This document shows, one piece after another, positions 1 to 9,848 of a stretch of DNA of 64,000 nucleotides. The position numbers were made by a program, and so were the translations under genes. The notes under the pieces are model-generated. The model was not told the origin of the DNA and searched no databases. It saw nothing but the letters and a program-made list of their open reading frames with translations. This stretch comes from Gammaproteobacteria bacterium (GTDB taxonomy: Bacteria > Pseudomonadota > Gammaproteobacteria > Arenicellales > Poriferihabitantaceae): contig JAHEGU010000007.1 in the NCBI GenBank assembly GCA_024644945.1, positions 35,650 through 99,649 of the forward strand. Reading direction: 5' to 3'. Positions within the stretch are counted from its first letter, which is position 1. Every line of letters starts with the position of its first letter.

Positions 1-684
1 TGGCCCGCAATGATTGGAATTCTGCTGATGCAGTTCATGCTAAGCGCATTTTCAAGGGCACGTAAGATCTTGATTGCGCTGGCAGGGGTGGTTGCGCTCG
101 CGATAGCAGTTGTCGCGGTGCCTACAGTAAAAAACAGGATAGACCTTACGATTTATGAGGCCCAATCTTACTATCAGGAAAACAACCGCAACAGTTCAGT
201 CGGATTCAGATTGGATCTGTGGCACATTGCACTTGAGGAATTCATTGAGAGTCCCATTTGGGGGGTTAGCTTCCAGCGCCGAAGCGAGATAATGGACAGT
301 TATATCAAGAGACATCCCGATAGCGCTGCAGTGGGAAATGACGGCCGCAGTTCGGCACACAATGAGATTCTGAACGCACTCTCGAAACGGGGGTTGCTGG
401 GCGTTCTTGCAGTGCTGTTGCTTTACCTGGTCCCAATTCGATTCTTTATCCGCCACATTCGGCTTGGCGATTCCGAAACCGTGAATCAGTTGGCATTGGC
501 GGGAACAGGTATAGCAATTTCAATGATTATTTGTGGAATTACCGAAGCGCCTTTGATGAATGTGAGGGTTGGTACAACTTATGGATTCTTCATGATATTC
601 CTTTACCACCTCATCACTGGATTGACCTCCCCTGGTCGCGAAAAAGTATTACTGAACAAGCGCCACAAAAGCCAACCGAACTGA
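1..684 (+). CDS. O-antigen ligase family protein (Wzy_C/WaaL-like), 5'-truncated by the window edge
   Basis: Frame is open from base 1; hydrophobic helices; SSVGFRLDLW..ALEEFIESPIWG and SAHNEIL..LSKRGLLG motifs typical of O-antigen ligases. Confidence 0.8.
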   Translation, partial: WPAMIGILLMQFMLSAFSRARKILIALAGVVALAIAVVAVPTVKNRIDLTIYEAQSYYQENNRNSSVGFRLDLWHIALEEFIESPIWGVSFQRRSEIMDSYIKRHPDSAAVGNDGRSSAHNEILNALSKRGLLGVLAVLLLYLVPIRFFIRHIRLGDSETVNQLALAGTGIAISMIICGITEAPLMNVRVGTTYGFFMIFLYHLITGLTSPGREKVLLNKRHKSQPN

Positions 685-1150
685 GAGATTTCTATGCTGG
701 CGGGTGGTTGCGGGCCTCAATGCTTGGAGATACTGCGACTCTATATCTATGGCGCTTCAGCAGGCATTCGAGGTTTCGATCCGTTGAATAATTTACTTCT
801 TCTTGTTCGCTCGCTTCTTCAAAATTCATCATATCGCAACAATTAGATGGAACAAACCTGGCAGCAGTGTCTATGCGTTCATAGGGGATTCTATGTCGGG
901 CAAAAAAATATTTGTGAATTCCGATTGCTTTAGTGACCGGATTTCGACCACCCAGGTTGGTGAAAATGTTAGACTCTTTAGCGGAAGAGACCCTGATCAT
1001 ATGCCGCTAGAAGGGCGAATGTTTGAGCCTGCGAGCGGGTCTCTGGTGGCATTGTCCGAGGCACATGGAAGACGCTGACTTGACGGGCGGTGATAGCAAT
1101 AATATCCCGGGTGCGACGAAAGATCCGCACCCTGAGTTCGGAGGCACTTT

Positions 1151-3010
1151 TTGACGGAGACACTGCAACTAACTAGCGAAATGATCGCAGTTATGGGGAT
1201 CTTAGTGTTTGCGGTCTACCTGTTTGCTTTTGAGGTGGTAAGGGTAGACGTTGCTGCGATTCTGATCATGGTGGTGATTGGGTTGAGTTCCCTTATTCCT
1301 GGTTATGATGGATTGGTTCCCGCAGAGCATTTATTTGACGGGTATTCCAGCAACGCAGTGATGTCGATTATCGCGGTAATGGTTATCGGCGCAGGACTGG
1401 ATCGCACCGGGATGATGGGGCAACTGGCAGGAAAGATCCTTAAATTCGGTGGACGCACCGAAGGCAGAATTATCATGATCATCTCAAGCGTAGTCGGCGT
1501 TATTTCGAGCTTTATGCAGAATATTGGAGCCGCAGCGTTATTTCTCCCCGTGGTCAACCGGATCGCTCGTCGCGGGAATATGGCCATTTCACGACTGCTC
1601 ATGCCCATGGGTTTCTGCGCGATTCTTGGCGGTACCATCACCATGATCGGTTCCAGTCCATTGATTTTGCTGAATGATTTGATTATCAATTCGAATCGGG
1701 TACTCCCTGCAGGCACAACCGCAATGGAAACATTCGGTCTATTCGACGTCACGCCCATCGGCTTAGTATTGTTGTTCAGTGGGATTACTTATTTTGTTTT
1801 TGCCGGGCGATTTGTGCTTCCGGTAGTGAAGGATAAGCCTGGTGAATCGGGCAGTATGCTGAGGTACTTCAAGGAGGTGTATGGCATTGAAGGGGAGGTC
1901 TATGAATGCAGGGTGACTCGCGATAGCCCATTAATCGGTAAGTTATTGTCAGACGTAGATGCAGCGGGGCGTGCAGGATGGATCGTAGCTGTGAGGAACG
2001 GAGATAAAATGGTGGTCGCACCAAGAGGTGACACTGAATTTTGGGTTGGCAGTGAGATTGCGATTATGGGTAAGCGCGATTCGATAACGCGATTTGCGGA
2101 TGAATACGCACTGCGGATTAAAAATGAACTGGATGTATTCGCTGAAGTGCTTAGCGCCAGCAGTGCCGGGATCGCGGAGATAGTTATTCCTCCAGATTCC
2201 GGGGTGATCGGTAAGTCGATTCGGGATATTGAACTTCGAAAGAGGCACGGCGCAACAGTACTTTCAGTTTTCCGCGCAGACGACGTGATAGATGTCGATC
2301 TGGTGGATCTGGTTCTTCAGTCCGGCGACACTCTTGTGTTGCACGTGCGCTGGAACGAACTGGCAGGCATTGCAGATAATCGCAATGATTTTGTAGTGGT
2401 CACCGACTTTCCGCGTGAAGATGCACGTCCAGAAAAGATGAAATTTGCGATTGGGTTTTTCGTTTTGACTCTATTTCTGGTGCTTTTTACTGACATGAGG
2501 CTGTCCATTGCCCTGATGACCGGAGCGGTTGGCATGATTCTATCCGGTGTCATCAAGATAGAAGAAGCCTATCGTGCAATCGGTTGGCAGAGTGTGTTTT
2601 TACTGGCCAGCCTGATTCCCCTGGGCATTGCAGTAGACCAGTCAGGCACAGCGGCCTGGGTGGCTCAGCAAGTGCTACTCTTGTTGGACGGCGTCCCGGT
2701 TTGGGTGCTTCAGTCTGTGATCGCGGTAATGGCCACGGGATTTACTCTGGTAATGTCAAATGTTGGCGCAACTGTTTTGCTGGTTCCTTTAGCGATAAAT
2801 ATAGCAATTGGTGTTGATGCAAATCCGGCAGTTTTTGCCCTTACCGTGGCGTTGTCCACATCTAACTCATTCCTGATTCCGACCCATCAGGTAAATGCAC
2901 TGATCATGGGTCCTGGCGGTTACCGCGTCGCTGATTTTATGAAAGCAGGGGGATTCATGACTATCATGTTCCTGGTCGTGGAAATAATAATGTTAAACCT
3001 GCTTTACTGA
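1151..3010 (+). CDS. SLC13/CitMHS-type permease with two TrkA-C (RCK_C) domains
   Basis: N- and C-terminal TM bundles (SSFMQNIGAAA, GGTITMIGSSPL, MSNVGAT, PTHQVNALIMGPGGY) around two soluble repeats (SPLIGK, SGVIGKSIRD); GGAGG before a TTG start. Confidence 0.85.
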   Translation: MTETLQLTSEMIAVMGILVFAVYLFAFEVVRVDVAAILIMVVIGLSSLIPGYDGLVPAEHLFDGYSSNAVMSIIAVMVIGAGLDRTGMMGQLAGKILKFGGRTEGRIIMIISSVVGVISSFMQNIGAAALFLPVVNRIARRGNMAISRLLMPMGFCAILGGTITMIGSSPLILLNDLIINSNRVLPAGTTAMETFGLFDVTPIGLVLLFSGITYFVFAGRFVLPVVKDKPGESGSMLRYFKEVYGIEGEVYECRVTRDSPLIGKLLSDVDAAGRAGWIVAVRNGDKMVVAPRGDTEFWVGSEIAIMGKRDSITRFADEYALRIKNELDVFAEVLSASSAGIAEIVIPPDSGVIGKSIRDIELRKRHGATVLSVFRADDVIDVDLVDLVLQSGDTLVLHVRWNELAGIADNRNDFVVVTDFPREDARPEKMKFAIGFFVLTLFLVLFTDMRLSIALMTGAVGMILSGVIKIEEAYRAIGWQSVFLLASLIPLGIAVDQSGTAAWVAQQVLLLLDGVPVWVLQSVIAVMATGFTLVMSNVGATVLLVPLAINIAIGVDANPAVFALTVALSTSNSFLIPTHQVNALIMGPGGYRVADFMKAGGFMTIMFLVVEIIMLNLLY

Positions 3011-3016
3011 TTGCCG

Positions 3017-4543
3017 CTAGAGCGCAGGTTCCTCGACTTTTACGCCCAGTTTGTTTCGCCATACTTCAGGTCCGGTGCGGTGCACCGACTCTCCTTGCGA
3101 ATCGACCGCGACCGTTACCGGCATTTCATCCACCTCAAACTCATAGATCGCTTCCATCCCGAGATCTTCAAAGGCGATGACCCTGGCAGACTTGATCGCT
3201 TTAGATACCAGATAGGCGGCGCCACCGACGGCAATCAGATAAACGGATTTGTGTTGGCGGATACTCTCAATAGCAGCCGCTCCACGCTCGGCCTTGCCAA
3301 TCATGCCAAGTAGACCAGCCTGATCAAGCATCATGTCCGTAAACTTATCCATTCTTGTTGCGGTCGTAGGCCCTGCCGGTCCCACCGCTTCTGAACCAAC
3401 TGCGTCTACCGGTCCCACGTAGTATATGAAACGATTATGGAAATCGACGCCATTTGGTAATTTTTCACCTCTTTCGAAATAATCCGCAATGCGCTTATGC
3501 GCAGCATCACGCCCGGTCAGTATCTTTCCGCTGAGTAACAAGGTCTGTCCCGGCTTCCACTTCGCGATCGCATCTTGGTCGGTTTCTTCAAGATTGACTT
3601 TAAGCGTATCGCTACCTGGCTCCCAGGATATCTCTGGCCAGTCAGCCAGTTTAGGTTGGGCAAGATGGGCCGGACCAGATCCATCCAGGATAAAGTGTGC
3701 GTGGCGGGTGGCGGCGCAATTAGGGATCATCGCCACAGGTAATGATGCGGCGTGAGTAGGATACTGGTTTATTTTGACATCCAATACGGTAGTTACTCCT
3801 CCCAGCCCCTGGGCGCCGATTCCAAGGTTGTTCACCTTTTCGAACAGCTCCAGCCGAAGCTCTTCTGTGGCATTGGATGGACCTCGTGAGATCAGATCTT
3901 GGATATCGATGGGTTCCATTAAGGATTCTTTGGCCATGACCATTGCCTTCTCTGCACTACCACCCAGACCAATCCCCAAAACCCCCGGTGGACACCAGCC
4001 GGCACCCATTTTAGGTACTGTTTCAAGAACCCAATCCGTCACGCTATCACTTGGATTCAATATTGCGAACTTGCTTTTGTTTTCTGAGCCCCCGCCTTTA
4101 GCGGAAACCGTTATCCCTAATTTGTCGCCAGGCACCATTTCAACATGAATAACTGCCGGAGTATTATCAGCTGTATTCATGCGTTTTCCCAAAGGCGGAT
4201 CAACTATAGAGGCTCGAAGAGGATTATCTGGATTCAGATACGCTTGCCGAACGCCTTGGTTGATCATTTCATCCAATGACATGCTCGTTTGCCACTGGAT
4301 TTTCATGCCAACCTTAACAAATACGACCACTATACCGGTGTCCTGGCAAATAGGCCTTCGGCCTTCCGCGGACATTCGTGAATTAATCAAAATTTGAGAT
4401 ATGGCGTTCTTAGCGGACTCAGATTCTTCTCTTAACCATGCGCTATGCATCGCCTGTATAAAATCCGGCGAATGGTAATACGATATGTATTGCAGACTAT
4501 CCGCAACACTTTGAATCACATCTTCTTGATTAATGATTGTCAT
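3017..4543 (-). CDS. fumA: Class I (Fe-S) fumarate hydratase
   Basis: PICQDTG, AKGGGSENKS, GAGWCPP, GRDAAHKR, GPTTATRMDKF motifs. Confidence 0.93.
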   Translation of the reverse strand: MTIINQEDVIQSVADSLQYISYYHSPDFIQAMHSAWLREESESAKNAISQILINSRMSAEGRRPICQDTGIVVVFVKVGMKIQWQTSMSLDEMINQGVRQAYLNPDNPLRASIVDPPLGKRMNTADNTPAVIHVEMVPGDKLGITVSAKGGGSENKSKFAILNPSDSVTDWVLETVPKMGAGWCPPGVLGIGLGGSAEKAMVMAKESLMEPIDIQDLISRGPSNATEELRLELFEKVNNLGIGAQGLGGVTTVLDVKINQYPTHAASLPVAMIPNCAATRHAHFILDGSGPAHLAQPKLADWPEISWEPGSDTLKVNLEETDQDAIAKWKPGQTLLLSGKILTGRDAAHKRIADYFERGEKLPNGVDFHNRFIYYVGPVDAVGSEAVGPAGPTTATRMDKFTDMMLDQAGLLGMIGKAERGAAAIESIRQHKSVYLIAVGGAAYLVSKAIKSARVIAFEDLGMEAIYEFEVDEMPVTVAVDSQGESVHRTGPEVWRNKLGVKVEEPAL

Positions 4544-6470
4544 TGGAGAGCGCTGTGTAACATTGTTTGAAACGTTTATCGACTTCCAGTTGGCTATCGG
4601 GTGGCAGTGCCCCAGTAGTGTGAATACGATTGATCAATTCCCGATTATTCAGCAGTTCCTGCTCAGAAGCTTTTCCCATTGCATTGGATAGTCGACCTAT
4701 CTGCAGCGCCATACGTTGTTTGGTATAAGTGGCGGGTGAGTCGACACCGGCGTTGATCTCAAGCTGCAGCAGGTAACCGTTCACGAGATCGAAATTGTGG
4801 CTGAGAATATCTTCCAGTTTTCGGCGTAGGCTGGAATCTGTTGCCGCCGTGACCGCTTGGTCCATTCTTGCTTGCATGGCGGATTGCAGGTTTTGTTCGA
4901 TCGGACCGAGTTGTTGCCAACTTTGATTGATAGCATCTAAATCGAGGATACACTGCTCAAACACTTGTCGTTCGATATCGCTGCATAGCGCTGCACAATC
5001 AAAAAGCACTTGGTCACTTTTCGATTGATCAGCCCGTTCTAACTGACCCCTGAGCTTGTTCGCTTTGTTTATCGCGTCGCGGAACCTCTTTTCAATTTGC
5101 TTGGCGTTAGCCTTCGGGGCCCGCCCTGACTGAGACCAGCGATCATTCCACTGATTGATCTGCGCAGTAAGAACCGTCGCTTCAGGATATTTTTCCTGAA
5201 CCTTCGCCTCGATTTCACTGCAAATTTTCTGTTTGACTTCCAGTTGTAGATTCAACTGTTGATCGAATTCTTTTCTGGATTGCCTTGATTTTTCATACAC
5301 CGCATCGCATGCTGAGGTGAATTGTTTCCACACCGTCTGTTCCTGTTTGCGTCTGCCAGAAACTGTTACCAGCCATTTCTTTTTAAGTGGCTGTAGTTCT
5401 GCTATGGCTTTGCGTGCGTCCTCCAAGTCAGCCAGTTTGTTTATTTCAGCAATTAGTTCCTGACGCTGATACAAGTTTCTTTTGCGCTCTCGATCTAATG
5501 GTCCTTCAAATTTTTCGACGATCCTTTCGAATCTTTGATGCAATGGTTTCCGGTCTTTGTATTCTGCTGGCCCCAGTTTGCGCCAGCGTGAAACCTGCTC
5601 GCGAACATTTTTTTGAATATTCTTCCAGTTTGGGTTTCGCCAATCCGTTGTCTCGTACTCATTTTCCAGAAATTCACAGATGTCAAGCCGGCTGCGGCTT
5701 GATTCTTCACGTTGTTTACGCTGAGTCTCAAACAATGCCTTGCATGGCTCATAAGCCGCAGTACAGGCCTGGTCAAACTTCAAATAAAGTTTTTTGTTAC
5801 CACCTTCACCAGTATTGTCCCACTGCTTCCACTGCTCCCGGGCCTGTTTGATTCGGGTGGCAACTTTTTCCAGATCCGTCTCTGAATTGTGGATGTTCTG
5901 AATTTCTTTGATAATCTTTTCACGTGCCTGCACAGTGCCCCAGTGGCGCCACGAGGAAAGTTTTTTGATTTTGGGTTGAAATGCCTCAAGTTCACCAATA
6001 ATTTTCTGACGCCGTTGACTCGATAGCCCATGAATGCGGTTCAGTTTGGAGATGATCTGTTGTTCCAATTCCTGCGAGCTCTTCAGATCGTCGGCAGTAA
6101 GCGCAGCCTTGAGTTTCACAAGGTCTTGCTCAATTTCGGCGTAACGATCGTTGCGTTCTTCAACCTGTCGGTGAATTCGTTCTCTAAGGACCTCAAACCC
6201 CTTTTCAAGCCTGGCTAGAGCGGAATCATCAGCCTTGTTATCTTGCTTAAGGGAGTCCCACGATCTCCTTAAAAACTTTGCTCGCTGCTCATCAATAACT
6301 TTATTACCATTAAGCAACGATTCCAAATGGTTGAGTAGATCTGTAGTGTCGTTTTTAGAAGCAGTCGTGAGCGAAGTACCAGTGACTTCTTCATTCGCGG
6401 ATAACTTGTCAGGTTCCATGCATTTTTCAATTCGTTTGTCGTACAATCTCGCTACGCCGGCGAGCAACAT
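4530..6470 (-). CDS. DUF349 domain-containing helical protein (true start may be ATG at 6419)
   Basis: Repeated Trp-containing helical units (WRHWG, WRKLGP, WKQFTSACD); C-terminal LEINAGVDSP..RMALQIGRL. Confidence 0.75.
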   Translation of the reverse strand: MLLAGVARLYDKRIEKCMEPDKLSANEEVTGTSLTTASKNDTTDLLNHLESLLNGNKVIDEQRAKFLRRSWDSLKQDNKADDSALARLEKGFEVLRERIHRQVEERNDRYAEIEQDLVKLKAALTADDLKSSQELEQQIISKLNRIHGLSSQRRQKIIGELEAFQPKIKKLSSWRHWGTVQAREKIIKEIQNIHNSETDLEKVATRIKQAREQWKQWDNTGEGGNKKLYLKFDQACTAAYEPCKALFETQRKQREESSRSRLDICEFLENEYETTDWRNPNWKNIQKNVREQVSRWRKLGPAEYKDRKPLHQRFERIVEKFEGPLDRERKRNLYQRQELIAEINKLADLEDARKAIAELQPLKKKWLVTVSGRRKQEQTVWKQFTSACDAVYEKSRQSRKEFDQQLNLQLEVKQKICSEIEAKVQEKYPEATVLTAQINQWNDRWSQSGRAPKANAKQIEKRFRDAINKANKLRGQLERADQSKSDQVLFDCAALCSDIERQVFEQCILDLDAINQSWQQLGPIEQNLQSAMQARMDQAVTAATDSSLRRKLEDILSHNFDLVNGYLLQLEINAGVDSPATYTKQRMALQIGRLSNAMGKASEQELLNNRELINRIHTTGALPPDSQLEVDKRFKQCYTALSNDNH

Positions 6471-6560
6471 GATGTTATTCCGATCCGGCTATTGATTTCA
6501 TATTATAACCTTTAGCCGGCGCGGGGCGCGATTTACAGGACCACATACATCGTCCGGGCA

Positions 6561-8960
6561 ATGAGGCATATTCACATCGAGTATTATCTAAGAGGTCTTG
6601 CGCTTGCGGCGATTTTGCCACTGGCACTGCTGCTGATCGTGGTGCGACCCGCGATGGCGGATCATTTGCTGCCACAACACGAACTGCAATGCAGCGCCAG
6701 TTTTCCATGCCCCCCAGAAATTCGCCGACGTGTGGATTTTTGGATTCAGGTATTCAAGGGTTGGGATAAGGGCAAAGCGATACTCCACGACCCTAACGCA
6801 CCTGAACGGGTATACATGGTCATCGATACCGGGCGTGGATGCAGCAGTATGGTTTCCAGGCGCATCAAATCCAACCGAAAGATCATTACCGATTCGCTCA
6901 ACGCCTTAGCAACCAACCTGTCTAAGGGCCGTAAGGTCACTAACAAGCGGCAGCGCCATCTCTTGACTCTGTTTCCATCGCAGAATGCAAAGGAAATTCG
7001 CAATGCGGCTAAGAAAATACGTTGCCAGAGTGGTGTGAAAGACAGCTTTGTAAAAGGCCTCAAGCGCTTTAATCAGTATTCCAGCATGGTAGATCAGGTG
7101 TTACTGGAAAATGATCTTCCTCCGGAAATACGGTATTTGCCTTTTGTAGAATCTTCGTATAATCCTGCGGCATACTCCAAAGCGGGTGCCGCCGGCTTGT
7201 GGCAGATCATGCCGGCAACTGCACGTTCTCTTGGCCTCGAGCTCAATGCCACCGTAGACGAACGTCTCGATCCTGAGGCGGCGACCAGGGCGGCTGCAAA
7301 ATATTTCCGAAATGCAACAATCACGCTGACCAAGGCATCGATAGAAAAAAAGCCCGATATATCGCCTGCGGAAATCAATCCATTTGTGATCACGTCTTAT
7401 AACTACGGAATTAATGGAATGCGCCGGGCGATCAATAGGGTTAGTCCTGACTACATGGAGGTGCTGAACCGTTACAAATCGCCCAGCTTTCAAGTGGCAG
7501 TAAAAAACTTTTACTCCAGTTTTCTTGCGGCTAAGCATGTGGCGACCAATGCTGAAAAATACTTTGGCACTGTTGTGAGCACTGAACCAATTCGCTACCA
7601 AACTTTGGTACTGCAGCATGCCACTTCAATTGATCGAATTTACAAAGTATTTGATCTTAGCGACAAGGCGCTTAAGCCGCTGAACCAGCCGTTAACACGA
7701 TTTATTTGGAACGGTTGGCGCCTGATACCGGCTGGGTATCGATTGAGGCTGCCGCTCCGTAAAGATAAATGGCAGCAGGAGATTGCCAGACTCGAATCCC
7801 TTAAACCGGAAAAGGCCGTCCCAGGGGGCGGTAGTTACGTGGTGAGAAGAGGTGATACCGCCTGCGGTGTGGCCAGAGCACTGCGAGTAAACTGCAGTGA
7901 ACTCATAAATGCCAATGGTTTAGGCCGGAGTGCTCTGATTCGAATTGGCCAGAAGCTGGTGATACCAAGACAAGTTGTGACAGGGGGTACGGTGACTGCA
8001 GTAAGCACTCAGACAGCTGCGGGAGCGCAGGATGCTGTGGAAAAAATCTGGGTCGTAAAACGGGGCGACACCGCCTGCGGCATTGCCAACCGAACGGGGG
8101 TCAGCTGTCGTGAGCTGATCAGGGCTAATCAGCTGGGTCGAAGCGCCAAGATTTATATCGGACAGAAACTGGTTGTGCCAAGAAAAGACTATCTGACGGC
8201 TAGCTCAGCAGGACTCAACGCGGATAATCGATATATTGTGCAGAAAGGTGATGCCGCGTGTGTAATTGCGGCTCGCTTTTCTGTCAGCTGTCGTGAACTG
8301 ATTCGAATCAATAAGCTTAACAAGAGGGCTACAATTTATCCTGGTCAGAAACTTAGAGTGCCCGGATACGAAGCACCGGCGACTTCGCAAACAGCCGCCC
8401 TGCTGGCCAGCGCAAAGCCTTCAGCATCAGAGGTGGGGAAGAGGGCATCAGTGCAACGGGAGCCAGGTCCTGCAGTATCTAACAATCAACTTATTAATCT
8501 GCTCGATACATTGCCCGACCTCAGCATCCGTGTAGGCAGCGAAGGTGGTGAGCCAGTGTATTATATTTTCGTCGAAGTGGATGAAACCCTGGGGCATTTT
8601 TCGGATTGGCTAGGGATAGGCGGATCCAGCACACTGAGAAAAACTAACCGGCTCAAGTCGAGTACTTCTCTCAGGTTGGGTCAACGAATCGTATTACCGA
8701 AAATTACGCCACAAACCGTGGCTCGATTTGAGCAAATGCGTTTGGAGTATCACCAGGTTCTGAGTGAAACACTTAAGGAGAACTACCGTTTGGTGGGGAT
8801 CGATAACTACGTAATAAAGACGGGAGAGTCTCTCTGGTATATGTCGCAGCAATTTGGATTTCCGTTGTGGCTGATCTATAGGCTAAATCCTGAACTGCGC
8901 TTAGCGCCAGGGTTGTCAGCGGGTCAAACTATCAAGTTGCCGCGTCTTCAAGCAATATAA
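6561..8960 (+). CDS. Lytic murein transglycosylase (MltD-like SLT domain) with multiple LysM domains
   Basis: Signal-like N-terminus; LPFVESSY (catalytic Glu), GAAGLWQIMPATA, SYNYG; LysM repeats V..GD.. Confidence 0.88.
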   Translation: MRHIHIEYYLRGLALAAILPLALLLIVVRPAMADHLLPQHELQCSASFPCPPEIRRRVDFWIQVFKGWDKGKAILHDPNAPERVYMVIDTGRGCSSMVSRRIKSNRKIITDSLNALATNLSKGRKVTNKRQRHLLTLFPSQNAKEIRNAAKKIRCQSGVKDSFVKGLKRFNQYSSMVDQVLLENDLPPEIRYLPFVESSYNPAAYSKAGAAGLWQIMPATARSLGLELNATVDERLDPEAATRAAAKYFRNATITLTKASIEKKPDISPAEINPFVITSYNYGINGMRRAINRVSPDYMEVLNRYKSPSFQVAVKNFYSSFLAAKHVATNAEKYFGTVVSTEPIRYQTLVLQHATSIDRIYKVFDLSDKALKPLNQPLTRFIWNGWRLIPAGYRLRLPLRKDKWQQEIARLESLKPEKAVPGGGSYVVRRGDTACGVARALRVNCSELINANGLGRSALIRIGQKLVIPRQVVTGGTVTAVSTQTAAGAQDAVEKIWVVKRGDTACGIANRTGVSCRELIRANQLGRSAKIYIGQKLVVPRKDYLTASSAGLNADNRYIVQKGDAACVIAARFSVSCRELIRINKLNKRATIYPGQKLRVPGYEAPATSQTAALLASAKPSASEVGKRASVQREPGPAVSNNQLINLLDTLPDLSIRVGSEGGEPVYYIFVEVDETLGHFSDWLGIGGSSTLRKTNRLKSSTSLRLGQRIVLPKITPQTVARFEQMRLEYHQVLSETLKENYRLVGIDNYVIKTGESLWYMSQQFGFPLWLIYRLNPELRLAPGLSAGQTIKLPRLQAI

Positions 8961-8978
8961 TCTATCGTCAGGGTAACG

Positions 8979-9794
8979 CTACTCAACGGGTAGTGCCGGA
9001 TCATCGGCCCACTCTGACCAGGAGCCCGCGTACCCTTTTACATTGTTGAATCCCAGCGAGCGCAGCATCATAAAGCTGTGAGAAGATCTCTGGTGAGTCT
9101 GGCAATGAGCAATGATTTCCTTGTTTCGATCGAATCCACGTTGCTCTAATAGTTGATTGAGTTCATCTGGCGATTTTAATTTTCTATGGTTGTCAGTGTC
9201 GATTGTGTCGAGCCAGTTAAGGTTGATGGATCCTGGAATCCTGCCGCATCTGGCGGAGGCTGATTTCATGCCATGATGTTCTTCCGGAGTCCGGGCATCA
9301 AGAATCTGAATATTCGGATCTTCGAGCGATTCAAGAACGTAGCGTTTACTGGCAACTACCGAAGTGTTGCGGCGAGCAATCCAATCGGAAGCCATCACGG
9401 ATTCGGTGCCGTTTCGAAGGGGAAGGTGCTGCGCTGCCCATGCGGTGAGTCCACCATTTAGATAGGACTGATTGTGATGTCCCATGGCTTCCAGTACCCA
9501 CATCATCCGCGCCGCTCGGGTGCCTGCCTCGTCATCATAACAAACAATATGCAGAGATTTTGTCAGTCCGATACTTTGAAAGGCCTGCTCAATGACGTTG
9601 CTGTCGGGTAACAGTCCAGCAGCGGGCTTGCTACCTCGATTAAGGATAGTTGTATCGAGATAAACGGCTCCCGGAATATGCCCTGCAAGATACTGTTCAC
9701 GCTTACCCAGACAGACAATTCTTATGCAGTCATCATCGAGGTGATTTGCCAGTGTATCTGGTTCGAGCAGATAAGGTAGTGTGGCGGCGGACAT
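8979..9794 (-). CDS. Two-domain sulfurtransferase (rhodanese, RhdA/SseA-like)
   Basis: GHIPGA, LNGGLTAW, DART, active-site HCQTHQRS, YAGSWSEW. Confidence 0.9.
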   Translation of the reverse strand: MSAATLPYLLEPDTLANHLDDDCIRIVCLGKREQYLAGHIPGAVYLDTTILNRGSKPAAGLLPDSNVIEQAFQSIGLTKSLHIVCYDDEAGTRAARMMWVLEAMGHHNQSYLNGGLTAWAAQHLPLRNGTESVMASDWIARRNTSVVASKRYVLESLEDPNIQILDARTPEEHHGMKSASARCGRIPGSINLNWLDTIDTDNHRKLKSPDELNQLLEQRGFDRNKEIIAHCQTHQRSSHSFMMLRSLGFNNVKGYAGSWSEWADDPALPVE

Positions 9795-9848
9795 CAGTTA
9801 GAATCGAATCTTAAAATCGACGACATTATATCCCTTTCCAAATCTCCT

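Noticed and set aside
692-1078. Overlapping short ORFs (692-1000 minus; 803 or 893-1078 plus)
   Set aside because: No recognisable motifs and they conflict with each other; coding status cannot be supported
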